A stretch of DNA of 64,000 bases from an uncultured Acidobacteriaceae bacterium (lineage in GTDB: Bacteria > Acidobacteriota > Terriglobia > Terriglobales > Acidobacteriaceae). This document shows positions 1 through 8,140 of this stretch, one piece after another. The stretch is from positions 260,730 through 324,729 of the forward strand of contig CAWCZN010000003.1 of assembly GCA_963800045.1 (NCBI GenBank), given 5' to 3'. Every line of letters begins with the position of its first letter. Positions within the stretch are counted from its first letter, which is position 1. Under the pieces are notes generated by a model. It was not told the origin of the DNA. It saw only the letters and a list, made by a program, of their open reading frames with translations, and ran no database searches. A program made the position numbers and the translations under genes.

Positions 1-76
1 TCTATGGAAGGATGCTGACACAGACGTTCCGGTTCTGGAGCAAGCTCGGAATGAATACCGAAGACTAACTCAATGA
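1..76 (+). CDS. 3' end of a gene cut by the window edge (C-terminal tail of a TPR-sensor kinase/regulator paralog)
   Basis: Reading from nt 2 gives LWKDADTDVPVLEQARNEYRRLTQ, then TGA at 74-76. The same tail motif ends the 20758..23703 kinase ([26 protein letters not shown]) and the decayed copy at 23849..24130. Confidence 0.5.
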   Translation, partial: LWKDADTDVPVLEQARNEYRRLTQ

Positions 77-458
77 GACCGTTGTGGCGTAATCATCACC
101 GTTCGTCATAGTTCGTATATCGGTCGATGCTCAGCGAGGCCGCATTTGAGACGATGCGAGGTAAAGAATCGCCAGTTGTAGAGAGGCCCAAGTGCAGAGA
201 TGTTTCGCCCTGACCGTTCAGAGCACCTGGGTCGACGCCAGAGGGTCGATCACGCTCTAACCCCGGGCGCCTGATTGCTATCAATACGTTGCGCTTGGCC
301 TGTTGGCGTTAGGGCCCGGATTGTAGTCGATTTTGTGACGGGCACGCGCTCACAGATTCACCAAGCTTCAACATGACACCGGAAAATTCTGGTGCAATCA
401 AAGGATTAGAAGCAAAGAGGATCCGGGTCATTCCCATTGTTATTTACACCTCGAAAGG

Positions 459-2258
459 TCATGCACTTCGTGGCATACAGGGAAAGCCACAGCGATCCAG
501 AATTGCTGCAAATCGTGGGGTGTGCCGCAAAAAATCCCACTTGGGATCTATGGGGAGGAAAACCAGATGAACATCGCGTTGTTCGAATGCCCTTTCCAGA
601 TTGTCCATCGCTTGGTCCGTCTGATCCAATCCAGCATGTATTAGTGCCATCGCATAAGGTGGAATATATCGTTCTCGCGAGATTACTTCTAACGTGCGTA
701 ATCCTTGCCTCGCCTCATTGATTTGTCCGATCTGCGAAAAGAGATAACTTCGGAGAGCGATCACCTTCGTATTCCCGCCGCTAAGTCTGCCGGCACGACT
801 AAGGGCATCGAGGGCCGGGTCGGTGTTTCGCAGTTGGACCTGCACCTGCGCCAGTTGAAAATAACCAATCCAGAATTCCGGATCGATTACGGTGGCTTGC
901 GTGGCAAACTCGACCGCTGCGGCATAGTTGCGCGAGGCGAAGGCGATTTGCGCGGAGAGTGCGTGGTGCATGGCGTACAGCGGATCGAGTTCACGGGCGC
1001 GGCGAATCGAGTCGCTAGCTGGTTCGTGGCGACCCATATGCGATAGGACAATTCCTAACATGCGGTGCGCCAGGGGATAGCTTGGATCAAGCGAAAGGGC
1101 CCGATGGTACGCTTCTTCCGCTTCCCTCCAGTCCCATTCGAGCCAAAACTTAAGGAAGCCAAGAGAAGTTTGCACCTCCGCCAGCCCTGGATCCGAGCTC
1201 ACAGCATGAACCACCGCGTCATGAGCGGGAGGCGTAACGGCGAGAGGAGCAGCATCACCATTAACAGGGCTCGCCGAGTAAGCGTCCGCCAGTCCAGCCC
1301 ATGCAAGCGCATATTGAGAATCCACCTTCGTCGCTCGCGTGAAGTATTCAATCGCGCGCTTGGTAGTTGGAGGCGTACTTTGGTTCCAGAAATGTCGTCC
1401 GTGAAGATATAGATCGTAAGCTTCGGCATTTTGCGTCTGCCGCCGCGCCAGGGCCGTCAAACGTTCCGGTGAAAGTCGTAACCGGATCTCCTCCGCAATG
1501 CTTTCGCTCAATTCACGCTGAAACGCTAGGATGCTGCCAGGCTCGCTGTCGTACGACGCCGCCCAGACTTGTACCTGGTCGTACGAGCGAATGAGTCGGG
1601 AGGTAATGCGCAAGCGTTCGTTCTCGCCGCGAAGCGTGTTTTCGACGATATATGTCGCCCCCAGTTCGCGGCCGATGGTGGCGAGGTTCTTGTTTCCACC
1701 TTTGTAGACCATGACGGACCGGCGTCCGATAACATGAAAGTTGTCTCTTCCAATCTGGCCAAGAGAGAGTATGGTTTCTTCGGTGAGACCATCGGCCAGA
1801 TATTCCCGTTCCCGTCCCGCTCCAAGATTCTCGAAGGGTAAAACGGCAACGATGACTTGTGCCGGCTCCCCTTGCGCCCGCCCGTCAGCGACGACCCAAA
1901 CATCGGCGATGAACCGATAACCTTTTCGCGGGACCGTTTCAATAAAGACAGGAGGGTCCGTTGAGTCTTTCAGCGCTCGACGAATTTTGCGGACCGCGGT
2001 GTTGACGCCGGTTTCAACGTCAGTGAATACATCTGCGCCCCAGAGCCTCTCGGCGATCTCGGCTCTTGACACAAGACGCTGTCGACGTTCCAACAGAAGG
2101 ATAAGAAGGTCCATCGGCTGTCGCTCAACGTGGACTGGCTGCCCCTGACAGCGCAAGTCATAGTTCGCCACGTCGAGTTCGAAATCGCCGAAACAGAACC
2201 TCGGGCTCAGATCTGACAAGGCGTCGTCCTTTGGGCATCTAGAGTGCCACATCTCCAA
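459..2258 (-). CDS. CadC/OmpR-type winged-helix DNA-binding regulator fused to a TolB-N-like segment and TPR repeats
   Basis: 599-aa ORF. The N-terminus (FGDFELD, RQPMDLLILLLERRQRLVSRAEIAERLW, VNTAVRKIRRAL, ETVPRKGYRF) is a Trans_reg_C winged helix. The VAVLPFENLG...YLADGLTEE segment is typical of this regulator class. The C-terminal half is TPR-like (AYDLYLHGRHFW, ALSLDPSYPLAHRMLG, VIDPEFWIGYFQLA). Confidence 0.8.
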   Translation of the reverse strand: MEMWHSRCPKDDALSDLSPRFCFGDFELDVANYDLRCQGQPVHVERQPMDLLILLLERRQRLVSRAEIAERLWGADVFTDVETGVNTAVRKIRRALKDSTDPPVFIETVPRKGYRFIADVWVVADGRAQGEPAQVIVAVLPFENLGAGREREYLADGLTEETILSLGQIGRDNFHVIGRRSVMVYKGGNKNLATIGRELGATYIVENTLRGENERLRITSRLIRSYDQVQVWAASYDSEPGSILAFQRELSESIAEEIRLRLSPERLTALARRQTQNAEAYDLYLHGRHFWNQSTPPTTKRAIEYFTRATKVDSQYALAWAGLADAYSASPVNGDAAPLAVTPPAHDAVVHAVSSDPGLAEVQTSLGFLKFWLEWDWREAEEAYHRALSLDPSYPLAHRMLGIVLSHMGRHEPASDSIRRARELDPLYAMHHALSAQIAFASRNYAAAVEFATQATVIDPEFWIGYFQLAQVQVQLRNTDPALDALSRAGRLSGGNTKVIALRSYLFSQIGQINEARQGLRTLEVISRERYIPPYAMALIHAGLDQTDQAMDNLERAFEQRDVHLVFLPIDPKWDFLRHTPRFAAILDRCGFPCMPRSA

Positions 2259-2404
2259 CAGCTATCGCCAGTTGTCGCTTCAGAAAAAGTTCAGATTCAA
2301 GTCATCCGCTCTACATGGTCAAGAGCATCGGTCGGTGCGAATATCGCACCTGTCTTTGCGCTGGTCAGAACGATGACAAATCCAAAATTGCCGGGGGCAA
2401 CAAA

Positions 2405-3910
2405 ATGTCAGAACTCGGAAGATTTCAACCTTTGAGGCACGCACCTGCCCCAATCCATCAAACGCTCAACCTGGGGGTCCGCATGCAGTATCAGGAGACC
2501 ACTCAATGGTGCTGGGTGGCAGTTGCCACCAGCATCAACCACTTTTACAACCCTCCCAGCACCGAAACTCAATGCGAACTCATGACGATCGTGGGCCAAA
2601 CCATCAACGAACTCTCTCTGTCCACCGGCGCCTGTCCCGACCCATCGATAGTCGCAGCGAATCCGACCTTGGCCAGCCAATTGGCGGATCCCTACAACTC
2701 CAATGCGCTGTATTGCCTCGAAGGCTTGATCACGCCTGCCTATTTTAAGAGCGGCGGGGTGGGTGATGCGCTCAATGTACACGACAATTGGAACAGCCCG
2801 GGGCTTCCCAGCATCTCGCTGTCACAGATCGCCGCCGAAATCGATAATGGCCGCCCGGTTGTTGTGGACATCACCTGGCAGTCCGGCACTCAACATTACG
2901 TCGCCATTGTCGGCGTGGTGAACGACATGCTGCTGATCTGCGATCCCATCAACGGCCAGTCGAGCTTCCAGTATTCCGCTTTCCCGTCACAGTATTTCGG
3001 CGGTGCAACCTTGAACCATGCATTCCTGACTCAGCCGGGGTACAGCCCGGGCAGCGCGAAGTGGTCGCCTGAGCAGCAAGGTGTCGGAGTCGGCACCAGC
3101 AATGCTCCCGCGCTGGCGGAGTTCAATGGCCGGCTCTATGCGGCGTGGAAAGGCGTGCCCGGCGACACGCGCATGTTCTGGTCCTCATTCGACGGGAGGA
3201 ACTGGTCGCCCGAACAGCCAGGCGTTGGCGTTGGCAGCAGCAATGGTCCATCCCTCGCCGTGTTCAACGGCAAGCTGTATGCGGCATGGAAAGGCGTGCC
3301 TGGCGACACGCGCATGTTCTGGTCCTCGTTCGACGGCAGGAACTGGTCGCCGGAGGAGCCAGGAGTTGGCGTCGGCACGAGCGATGGGCCATCCCTCGCT
3401 GTATTCAATGGCAGGCTGTACGCGGCATGGAAGGGCGTACCCGGCGACACGCGCATGTTCTGGTCCAGTTTCGATGGTAGGAACTGGTTACCCGAGCAGC
3501 AGGGAGTCGGCTTCGGCACAAGCTCGGGTCCCGCGTTAGCAGCCTTCAACGGCAAGCTGTATGCGGCCTGGAAGGGAGAGCCCGGCGACGGCCGCATGTT
3601 CTGGTCTTCTTTCAACGGCGGGGGTTGGTCGTCCGAACAGAAGCTGAGCGCAGCGGTCGGAACCAGTGCCAGGCCAACCCTGGCAGTTTTCAACGGGCAA
3701 CTCTATGCGGCCTGGAAAAGCGTGCCCAACGACAACCGGATGTTGTTGTCCGTGTTCGATGGAACCTCAACCTGGTCGCTGGCGCGCAGAGGCATCGGAG
3801 TCGGTACGAGTGATAGTCCCAGCCTCGCTGTGCTCGGCTCCCGATTGTTTGCTGCATGGAAGGGTGTGCCGGGCGACACCCGCATGTTCTGGTCAGTCTT
3901 CGAACCATAG
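2405..3910 (+). CDS. Papain-like (C39-like) cysteine peptidase domain fused to a six-repeat, beta-propeller-like domain
   Basis: The ORF track gives 2315..3910. The ATG at 2405 (MSELGRF) has GGGGG 7 nt upstream; the ATG at 2483 is an alternative start. N-domain: QWCWVAVATSINHFY (Cys nucleophile context), TQHYVAIVGV (His), LLICDP (Asp). C-domain: six ~47-aa repeats with consensus WSPEQxGVGVGTSxGPSLAVFNGxLYAAWKGVPGDTRMFWSSFDGRN. No obvious signal peptide. Confidence 0.75.
   Translation: MSELGRFQPLRHAPAPIHQTLNLGVRMQYQETTQWCWVAVATSINHFYNPPSTETQCELMTIVGQTINELSLSTGACPDPSIVAANPTLASQLADPYNSNALYCLEGLITPAYFKSGGVGDALNVHDNWNSPGLPSISLSQIAAEIDNGRPVVVDITWQSGTQHYVAIVGVVNDMLLICDPINGQSSFQYSAFPSQYFGGATLNHAFLTQPGYSPGSAKWSPEQQGVGVGTSNAPALAEFNGRLYAAWKGVPGDTRMFWSSFDGRNWSPEQPGVGVGSSNGPSLAVFNGKLYAAWKGVPGDTRMFWSSFDGRNWSPEEPGVGVGTSDGPSLAVFNGRLYAAWKGVPGDTRMFWSSFDGRNWLPEQQGVGFGTSSGPALAAFNGKLYAAWKGEPGDGRMFWSSFNGGGWSSEQKLSAAVGTSARPTLAVFNGQLYAAWKSVPNDNRMLLSVFDGTSTWSLARRGIGVGTSDSPSLAVLGSRLFAAWKGVPGDTRMFWSVFEP
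3062..3907 (+). repeat. Six in-frame tandem coding repeats, period 141 nt (47 aa)
   Basis: The TGG (Trp) that opens successive units falls at 3062, 3203, 3344 and 3485, an exact 141-nt spacing. Two more divergent units follow. Units 1-3 share a nearly identical ~60-nt core (tggaaaggcgtgccYggcgacacgcgcatgttctggtcctcRttcgacggSaggaactggtcgcc). Confidence 0.9.
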
Positions 3911-4033
3911 ATCCGGGCTGTTGGCCGCAGTTCTTCGCTCGGTGGGCCGAGCAGTCATTCATCGGCGGGCGCAGGTGTCCGATTCGTAAGCCCGCGGAAC
4001 GAACATCACGAATTCGAAAGGGAGGGTATTACC

Positions 4034-4660
4034 TTGAAATTCCGGCATGGATTGCTGTCGCTATTTGTGCTTTGCCTCGTCGCGCCTCCGGCTGTGGCCC
4101 AGAACGATCTCTATGATAATGGTCCGACGAACGGCACAGCTTTCGCGTGGACCATTAATAACAACTTCGTGGAAAGTGATACTTTCACGCTAAGCGAAGC
4201 TTCGACGATCAACGGCCTGAACTTTGCCGCCTGGCTGACACCGGGCGACATATTGCAGTCAGCGGACGTTTCTATCACCTCGAACGAGTTCGGCGGGACT
4301 AGCTATTTCAATCAGACCGTCAGCTTTACACAGAGCGGCTGCAGTCTGAACGGGTCCGATTATTTCGTCTGCAACGAATCGGGCACTTTCGCGGGCGTGA
4401 GTCTGAATGCCGGTACGTACTGGCTGAGTCTCCAGAACGCGGTCGTACCCAGCGGGGACCCAGTTTACTGGGACGAGAACGAAGGTCCGTCGTCAGCCTC
4501 AAACAACGAGGTCGGTACGATTCCTTCCGAGTCGTTTACCGTGCTCGGCAGTGTCAGCGGCACAACCAGCGGTACAGTTCCTGAGCCCAGCAGCATCCTT
4601 TTGCTAGTGTCTGGGATTCTGGCTCTGAGCGGCGTCGTCCGTCCTAAACTGACTCCGTGA
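4034..4660 (+). CDS. Secreted PEP-CTERM sorting-domain protein
   Basis: 208 aa with a TTG start per the ORF track. Signal peptide MKFRHGLLSLFVLCLVAPPAVAQ. The C-terminus VPEPSSILLLVSGILALSGVVRPKL has the PEP motif, a hydrophobic helix and a basic tail. No exosortase gene is visible in the window. Confidence 0.85.
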   Translation: MKFRHGLLSLFVLCLVAPPAVAQNDLYDNGPTNGTAFAWTINNNFVESDTFTLSEASTINGLNFAAWLTPGDILQSADVSITSNEFGGTSYFNQTVSFTQSGCSLNGSDYFVCNESGTFAGVSLNAGTYWLSLQNAVVPSGDPVYWDENEGPSSASNNEVGTIPSESFTVLGSVSGTTSGTVPEPSSILLLVSGILALSGVVRPKLTP

Positions 4661-5032
4661 CATGGCGGCCTTTCTTCATCAACCAATTACGTGCGGAAGC
4701 CGGGGAAAACCCTGGCTTCCAACCATGACATCTCGTTTTTTCATCACATCGCATCGCCCATTTGTTGTTCGAGTTTATTGCAGCCGGGCGAATCAACGCC
4801 GTCTCGACGCTGTAAATTCGCGATTTCCATGCTTGCAATAAGTGGCTTGCAACTGGTAGAGCACCTGGTTTTTCCATCACAGAACTGTGGTCGATTTTGT
4901 AGACGGTCTTGCCTCGCTTACAAGTGCAGTATTTATGCGGCTCTGGGCGTATTGCCAGTGGGCGAAATCTGGTACAAAACCAGGTGGTCGGTTTTGAGGC
5001 TTGGGCTTAGGGTATAAGTGATTAAAAATAAT

Positions 5033-5077
<45 letters not shown>

Positions 5078-5089
5078 CCAAATGCTCTT

Positions 5090-5124
5090 AAACTCATAGT
5101 TTTAGGAACAGCAAAGGCGGCCGA
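5090..5124 (+). repeat. 35-nt direct repeat, copy A (partner at 29239..29273)
   Basis: aaactcatagttttaggaacagcaaaggcggccga versus aaactcatagttttagggacagcaaaggcggccga, 34/35 identical on the same strand. Copy A abuts the tRNA-Pro fragment, and its 3' end forms the first arm of the terminator hairpin. Confidence 0.85.
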
Positions 5125-5144
5125 CTTCGGCCGCCTGTTTTTTT
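5116..5144. terminator. Intrinsic terminator hairpin, possibly bidirectional
   Basis: ggcggccg-actt-cggccgcc (8-bp GC stem, 4-nt loop) is followed by tgttttttt on the + strand. On the - strand the same hairpin is followed by TTTGCTGTT and lies just 3' of the minus-strand ABC operon and small ORF. Confidence 0.7.
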
Positions 5145-5186
5145 CAGGTTACGCGGGCGATGGAACGCACCCTTTTGTGACACCGG

Positions 5187-5357
5187 CTACGAGAGCCGGC
5201 GGATGAGGTAGTTCAGCATCCGGCGGTGTTCGTCCAGCTTGCGCTGCAGCTCCAGACAGCGCCGCAGGCTGGCATTCTGGTTGCGGTCGAGGTCACGCCT
5301 GATTTCAAGCACCAGGTCCTGCTGATCGCGCTTTCGTTCCGATTCTTCGCAGCCCAT
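5187..5357 (-). CDS. Small hypothetical protein (56 aa), predicted coiled-coil
   Basis: Hand translation gives MGCEESERKRDQQDLVLEIRRDLDRNQNASLRRCLELQRKLDEHRRMLNYLIRRLS then TAG. It is too short for the ORF track. It lies between the ABC-2 permease stop and the terminator hairpin. The RBS is weak and I recognise no homology. Confidence 0.3.
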   Translation of the reverse strand: MGCEESERKRDQQDLVLEIRRDLDRNQNASLRRCLELQRKLDEHRRMLNYLIRRLS

Positions 5358-5439
5358 CTACGTCGGCTTATTCCCGATTATTTTGCATGATGCTATCGAC
5401 GGGTGGCGCGTAACACGCAGCCCGGCAAAAGTAGGACGC

Positions 5440-7002
5440 TCAGGCGTAGGCGAGCCGAATGCGCCTACCCGCATAAGCGGCCGCGGCGAGCGCCAGGGCG
5501 AGCACAAGAAAAACCATCGGCGTCCTCGACTGCTCCAGTGTGCCAAGGAAGTCCAAGCCTCGGACGTGGTTCGCCACTCCGAAATACCACCAGATCGTAT
5601 AGGTCGCCTCAAAGGTCTTGCTGGTTCCGCTCCACGTGCCAAGCGCGAGCGCCAAGGCAGGAATAAACAACACGGCAGCCGCCCATGCAGTGATCGCTCC
5701 CCAGTCTCCTGCGATCAGAACTCGCATGCCAAGACCCGCGCTAACGACCACCGTGAAGAGGACGCCCGCTGCCAACGTTGCCGTCAGTTGCTTTCGCAGC
5801 GGTTCCGGACTGGAGAACATCAGCGCACCCATACCAAAGCGGTTCTCTCGTGTCCCCAGTTGCGACCATACCAACACCGGCCACAGAAAGGTTGCCGCAA
5901 CCATAGCAGCACGTCCGTTGCCATCGGGCACTGCCGCGGATGCCACGATCAAACCGGCCATCACTGCGTACCACCACCTGCGCTTGCCTTTCAGCATGAG
6001 CCGCAGCTCGGAGATCACGAGGTAGGCGAATCGGAAACGTCGCGCATTCGCTGGCAGGGGCGTCAAGTGGGCGGCCGAGGCGGTCGGCGAGAGATGGGCT
6101 ACTTCCGGCGCAGGCGCAATCTGGCGGTTACCTGATCGCTTCCCGCGGCGTTCATAGGCAGGGTCGAAGCGATGAAAAAACATGGCAGCCATCGCGGTCA
6201 GACCCACCGCAACTGCCAGCCAGAGTAGTCGTCCGAGAAGCAACTGGGCATCCCAATGCAATCCCTGCCACAGCACGGTCTTGCCGGAGGAAGCGGCAAC
6301 GTCGGCGCTGACCAGGCTAAGCGTAAAGCTCCGTTGCCATGCCGGATCGATCGCCCTCACGGTCTGCTCCATGCTGTTCATGAAGACGCCGATACCCGTC
6401 AAGTCTGGTAAGTGGGTTTGGATCGGCGCAGACAGCATTGCCGCCCATACGAAAAAGTAGATGACATTTCCGGCACCGCCCCGCAGGACCGGCGTTGTTT
6501 CGAATAAGACGGCCATCGCGGCTACTACCGCCATGGCCGGCAGCGCTACCAAAAGGAATGGAGTGATGAGCGTTCCAAGGTGGAGAGCGCCTACTCCCTT
6601 GGTGAGCTGCATGGTGATCGCCGCGCCCATGAGCACCAGCACCATGGCCGAGAGCACGGCAAAATTGCTGACCACTTTGGCCGCGGTATAGAAAAAACGC
6701 GTCATGGGGGTGGCAGCTAGAATCCGGCCGACACCTGTCTGCTGGTCGCGGTCAACCGAGTTACGCACTACGTAGAATCCGACCAGCGACAGGAACGTCG
6801 TGGTCACCAGCGTCATGAGCGCGCTTAGCCACGCGGTGTTATACACCCCGCGATAGTCACCGAGCCGCATGATCACCCGACCGCTATAAGCTGAATATCC
6901 GAGATACACCGCAAAGACCAGCGTGACCAGGAAGCTGTAGCGGCGCACTCGCTCCAGGAAATCGGCACGGGCCATCTGAAACAGAACATGTGGCGAGTTC
7001 AC
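5440..7002 (-). CDS. ABC-2-type exporter permease (polytopic membrane protein)
   Basis: 520 aa with many hydrophobic segments (FLVTLVFAVYLGY, AWLSALMTLVTTTFLSLVGFYVV, FLLVALPAMAVVAAMAVLF). Its start overlaps the stop of the upstream ATPase gene (6999-7002), which suggests translational coupling. Confidence 0.75.
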   Translation of the reverse strand: MNSPHVLFQMARADFLERVRRYSFLVTLVFAVYLGYSAYSGRVIMRLGDYRGVYNTAWLSALMTLVTTTFLSLVGFYVVRNSVDRDQQTGVGRILAATPMTRFFYTAAKVVSNFAVLSAMVLVLMGAAITMQLTKGVGALHLGTLITPFLLVALPAMAVVAAMAVLFETTPVLRGGAGNVIYFFVWAAMLSAPIQTHLPDLTGIGVFMNSMEQTVRAIDPAWQRSFTLSLVSADVAASSGKTVLWQGLHWDAQLLLGRLLWLAVAVGLTAMAAMFFHRFDPAYERRGKRSGNRQIAPAPEVAHLSPTASAAHLTPLPANARRFRFAYLVISELRLMLKGKRRWWYAVMAGLIVASAAVPDGNGRAAMVAATFLWPVLVWSQLGTRENRFGMGALMFSSPEPLRKQLTATLAAGVLFTVVVSAGLGMRVLIAGDWGAITAWAAAVLFIPALALALGTWSGTSKTFEATYTIWWYFGVANHVRGLDFLGTLEQSRTPMVFLVLALALAAAAYAGRRIRLAYA

Positions 7003-7880
7003 GCCGTCGCCCCTGCGCGCTGGCGTGACATGCAGAACAAGTACGCATCTTCCAGGGTGGGCGGAACGGGGGCTGCTTGCGACGGAGGCGACTGCGCCAC
7101 CACCCGGGCGTGAACGCCGTCGGCGCGATGCATGGTGTTGCTGATCAGATAGCTTCGTCGCGCCGCGGGTAGTTCAGCGCTGGGCAGCACCCATTCCCAG
7201 ACCTTACCCGCGACCATACTCAACAACTCCTCGGGGGAGGCGTGTACCACCAGCCTGCCTTCCGAGATCAAAGCGATATCAGTGGCGGTCGCCTCCACGT
7301 CGGAGACAATGTGGGTCGATAGAATCACGATGCGCTCGCCCGGAAGTTCAGCTAACAGGTTGCGGAAGCGCACTCGCTCTTCCGGGTCAAGACCCGCCGT
7401 GGGCTCGTCCACGATAAGCAGTTGCGGATCGTTCAGCAGTGCCTGGGCAATCCCGATGCGCTGCTTCATGCCTCCCGAATAACCGCCCAGCGGCCGCTTG
7501 CGAACGTCGGACAAATTGACAACGTTGAGCAATTCGTCGATTCGGCGGCGCGCCGCATTGGGATCCAGTCCCTTAACAGCCGCCAGATAACCGAGAAACT
7601 CCACTGCATTCAGGTTGGGATAAACGCCGAAATCCTGGGGCAAGTAGCCCAGCACAGCGCGGATGGTGTTCGGGGCTTTTGCGACCTCAGCCCCGTTCCA
7701 GTGGATGGCGCCCTCGGTCGGTCGCGTGATGGTCGCAAGGATGCTCATCAGCGTGGTTTTGCCGGCGCCATTAGGACCGAGCAGACCAACGATGCCCGGC
7801 CGCAGCTTGAGGGAAAACTCACGCAGCGCCCACTTGTCGCCGCTGTACCGCTTACCGACACGTTCGATCTGCAGTTCCAT
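6999..7880 (-). CDS. ABC transporter ATP-binding protein (ABC-2 / DrrA-like)
   Basis: Walker A GPNGAGKTT, Q-loop LPQD, signature YSGGMKQR, Walker B LLIVDEPTAGLD, H-loop STHI. Confidence 0.9.
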   Translation of the reverse strand: MELQIERVGKRYSGDKWALREFSLKLRPGIVGLLGPNGAGKTTLMSILATITRPTEGAIHWNGAEVAKAPNTIRAVLGYLPQDFGVYPNLNAVEFLGYLAAVKGLDPNAARRRIDELLNVVNLSDVRKRPLGGYSGGMKQRIGIAQALLNDPQLLIVDEPTAGLDPEERVRFRNLLAELPGERIVILSTHIVSDVEATATDIALISEGRLVVHASPEELLSMVAGKVWEWVLPSAELPAARRSYLISNTMHRADGVHARVVAQSPPSQAAPVPPTLEDAYLFCMSRQRAGATA

Positions 7881-8140
7881 GATCTATTTCAGCCCGGGTC
7901 TGGCTCTGATATACGCGACCAGAACTGCTTTCGTTCCCGTCGTCCGCAGTCCCCCTGTCGCTTCATTGGCAACCGCATTGGACTCGGGATCATTCCTTAA
8001 ACGGCAGTATGAAAGAAGAGGCATTCGTAACACTGGCCGACATACCGCTACCAACCCGTGTCTTGTTCGATCACTTCCGCGTCGCCTACAAACAAGGAGT
8101 TATGGAAAATTGCTCAATCAGGTCTGTCTACCGGCAGCCC

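Noticed and set aside
3062-3907. CRISPR-like periodic repeats (also at 15893..17047)
   Set aside because: Both arrays are in-frame protein repeats (141-nt and 165-nt periods) inside long ORFs. They have no alternation of conserved repeats with unique spacers and no cas genes nearby.
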